Shown here one piece after another: positions 63,425 through 64,000 of a stretch of DNA of 64,000 bases; within the stretch, counting starts at the first letter, position 1, and each line of letters opens with the position of its first letter. The DNA comes from Sphaerodactylus townsendi (lineage: Eukaryota), in NCBI RefSeq assembly GCF_021028975.2, contig NC_059425.1:122388001-122452000 (forward strand). The letters run 5' to 3'. Position numbers and translations under genes: made by a program. The notes under the pieces were generated by a model, which worked only from the letters and a program-made list of their open reading frames with translations, was not told the DNA's origin and did not search any database.

Positions 63425-63575
63425 TGTCGAAGGCCTTCACAGCCGAATTCAACTGGTTGGGGCAGGTTTTCTGGCCTGTGTGGCCGTGGTCTGGTGGATC
63501 TTGTTCCTAACGTTTTGCCTGCATCTGTGGCTGGCATCTTCAGAGGTGTATTACAAGGGAAGTCTGTGATATACA
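63425..63575 (-). mobile_element. Penelope-like terminal-repeat fragment with degenerate hammerhead motif
   Basis: Minus strand CCTCTGAAGATGCCAGCCACAGATGCAGGCAAAACGTTAGGAAC...GTGAAGGCCTTCGACA, typical of squamate Penelope ends. Confidence 0.75.
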
Positions 63576-63636
63576 CAGATTATTATTATTATTATTATTT
63601 ATTATATTTATAAACCGCCCTCCCCCGAAGGGCTCA

Positions 63637-63910
63637 GAGAAGAATTTGGATTTATACCCCACCCTTTTTTCCTGTAAGGAGGCTCAAGGTTGTTTACAGA
63701 TTCATTTCCCTTCCTCTTCCCACAACACACAACTTGTGAGGTAGGTGGGACTGAGAGAGTTCTGAACAAACTGTGACTAGCCCCAGGTCATTCAGCAGGA
63801 AAATAGGAGTGGGGAAAATAGGAGTGGGGAAACAACTGTGGTTGGAGGCACGGGGAATCAAATCCGGATCTCCAGATTAGAGTCCTCCTGCTTTTAACCA
63901 CTATGCCCCA
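63637..63910 (-). mobile_element. Squam3-like SINE
   Basis: Reverse complement of the 10405-10699 family. Confidence 0.78.
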
Positions 63911-64000
63911 CTGATGAAAAAGTCGGAGGATGAAAAGCAGATCCAGAGGTTGTGGGAGGGGGATGATAGGCACCAATTTCTGTAGGTGTACCCCTGCATA

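Noticed and set aside
53720-64000. Next common SESN1 exon (ELGIRIPRPLG...)
   Set aside because: Not found by eye; probably beyond the window end.

Overview
Vertebrate genomic DNA. The repeat content (Squam3-like SINEs with (CTT)n tails, 5S-headed Sauria-type SINEs, SPIN, RTE-X, Rex1/Babar) suggests a squamate reptile, probably a gecko. The window covers the head-to-head CEP57L1 (minus strand) / SESN1 (plus strand) locus. It holds a bidirectional CpG-island promoter at ~18.0-18.9 kb, the SESN1 long-isoform first coding exon (19078-19386), a second SESN1 promoter with its alternative first coding exon (53630-53719), and the first conserved CEP57L1 coding exon (195-333, minus). The rest is intron packed with transposons, many with readable TIRs and TSDs and several nested. 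Most interesting observations: (1) the conserved CEP57L1 exon has GTA where mammals have the start ATG, and there are two in-frame upstream ATG sources; (2) a second CpG island at ~7.0-7.85 kb carries a textbook CCAAT + CDE/CHR cell-cycle promoter pointing into CEP57L1; (3) there is a uORF cassette in the SESN1 long-isoform leader; (4) hAT MITEs carry paired ZNF143/THAP11-type motifs; (5) a Penelope remnant has a hammerhead ribozyme with one core substitution; (6) there is a SPIN MITE and a near-intact Rex1/Babar LINE inside nested TEs. Gene and family names come from recalled homology, not from database searches. I see no evidence for a wholly new protein-coding system.
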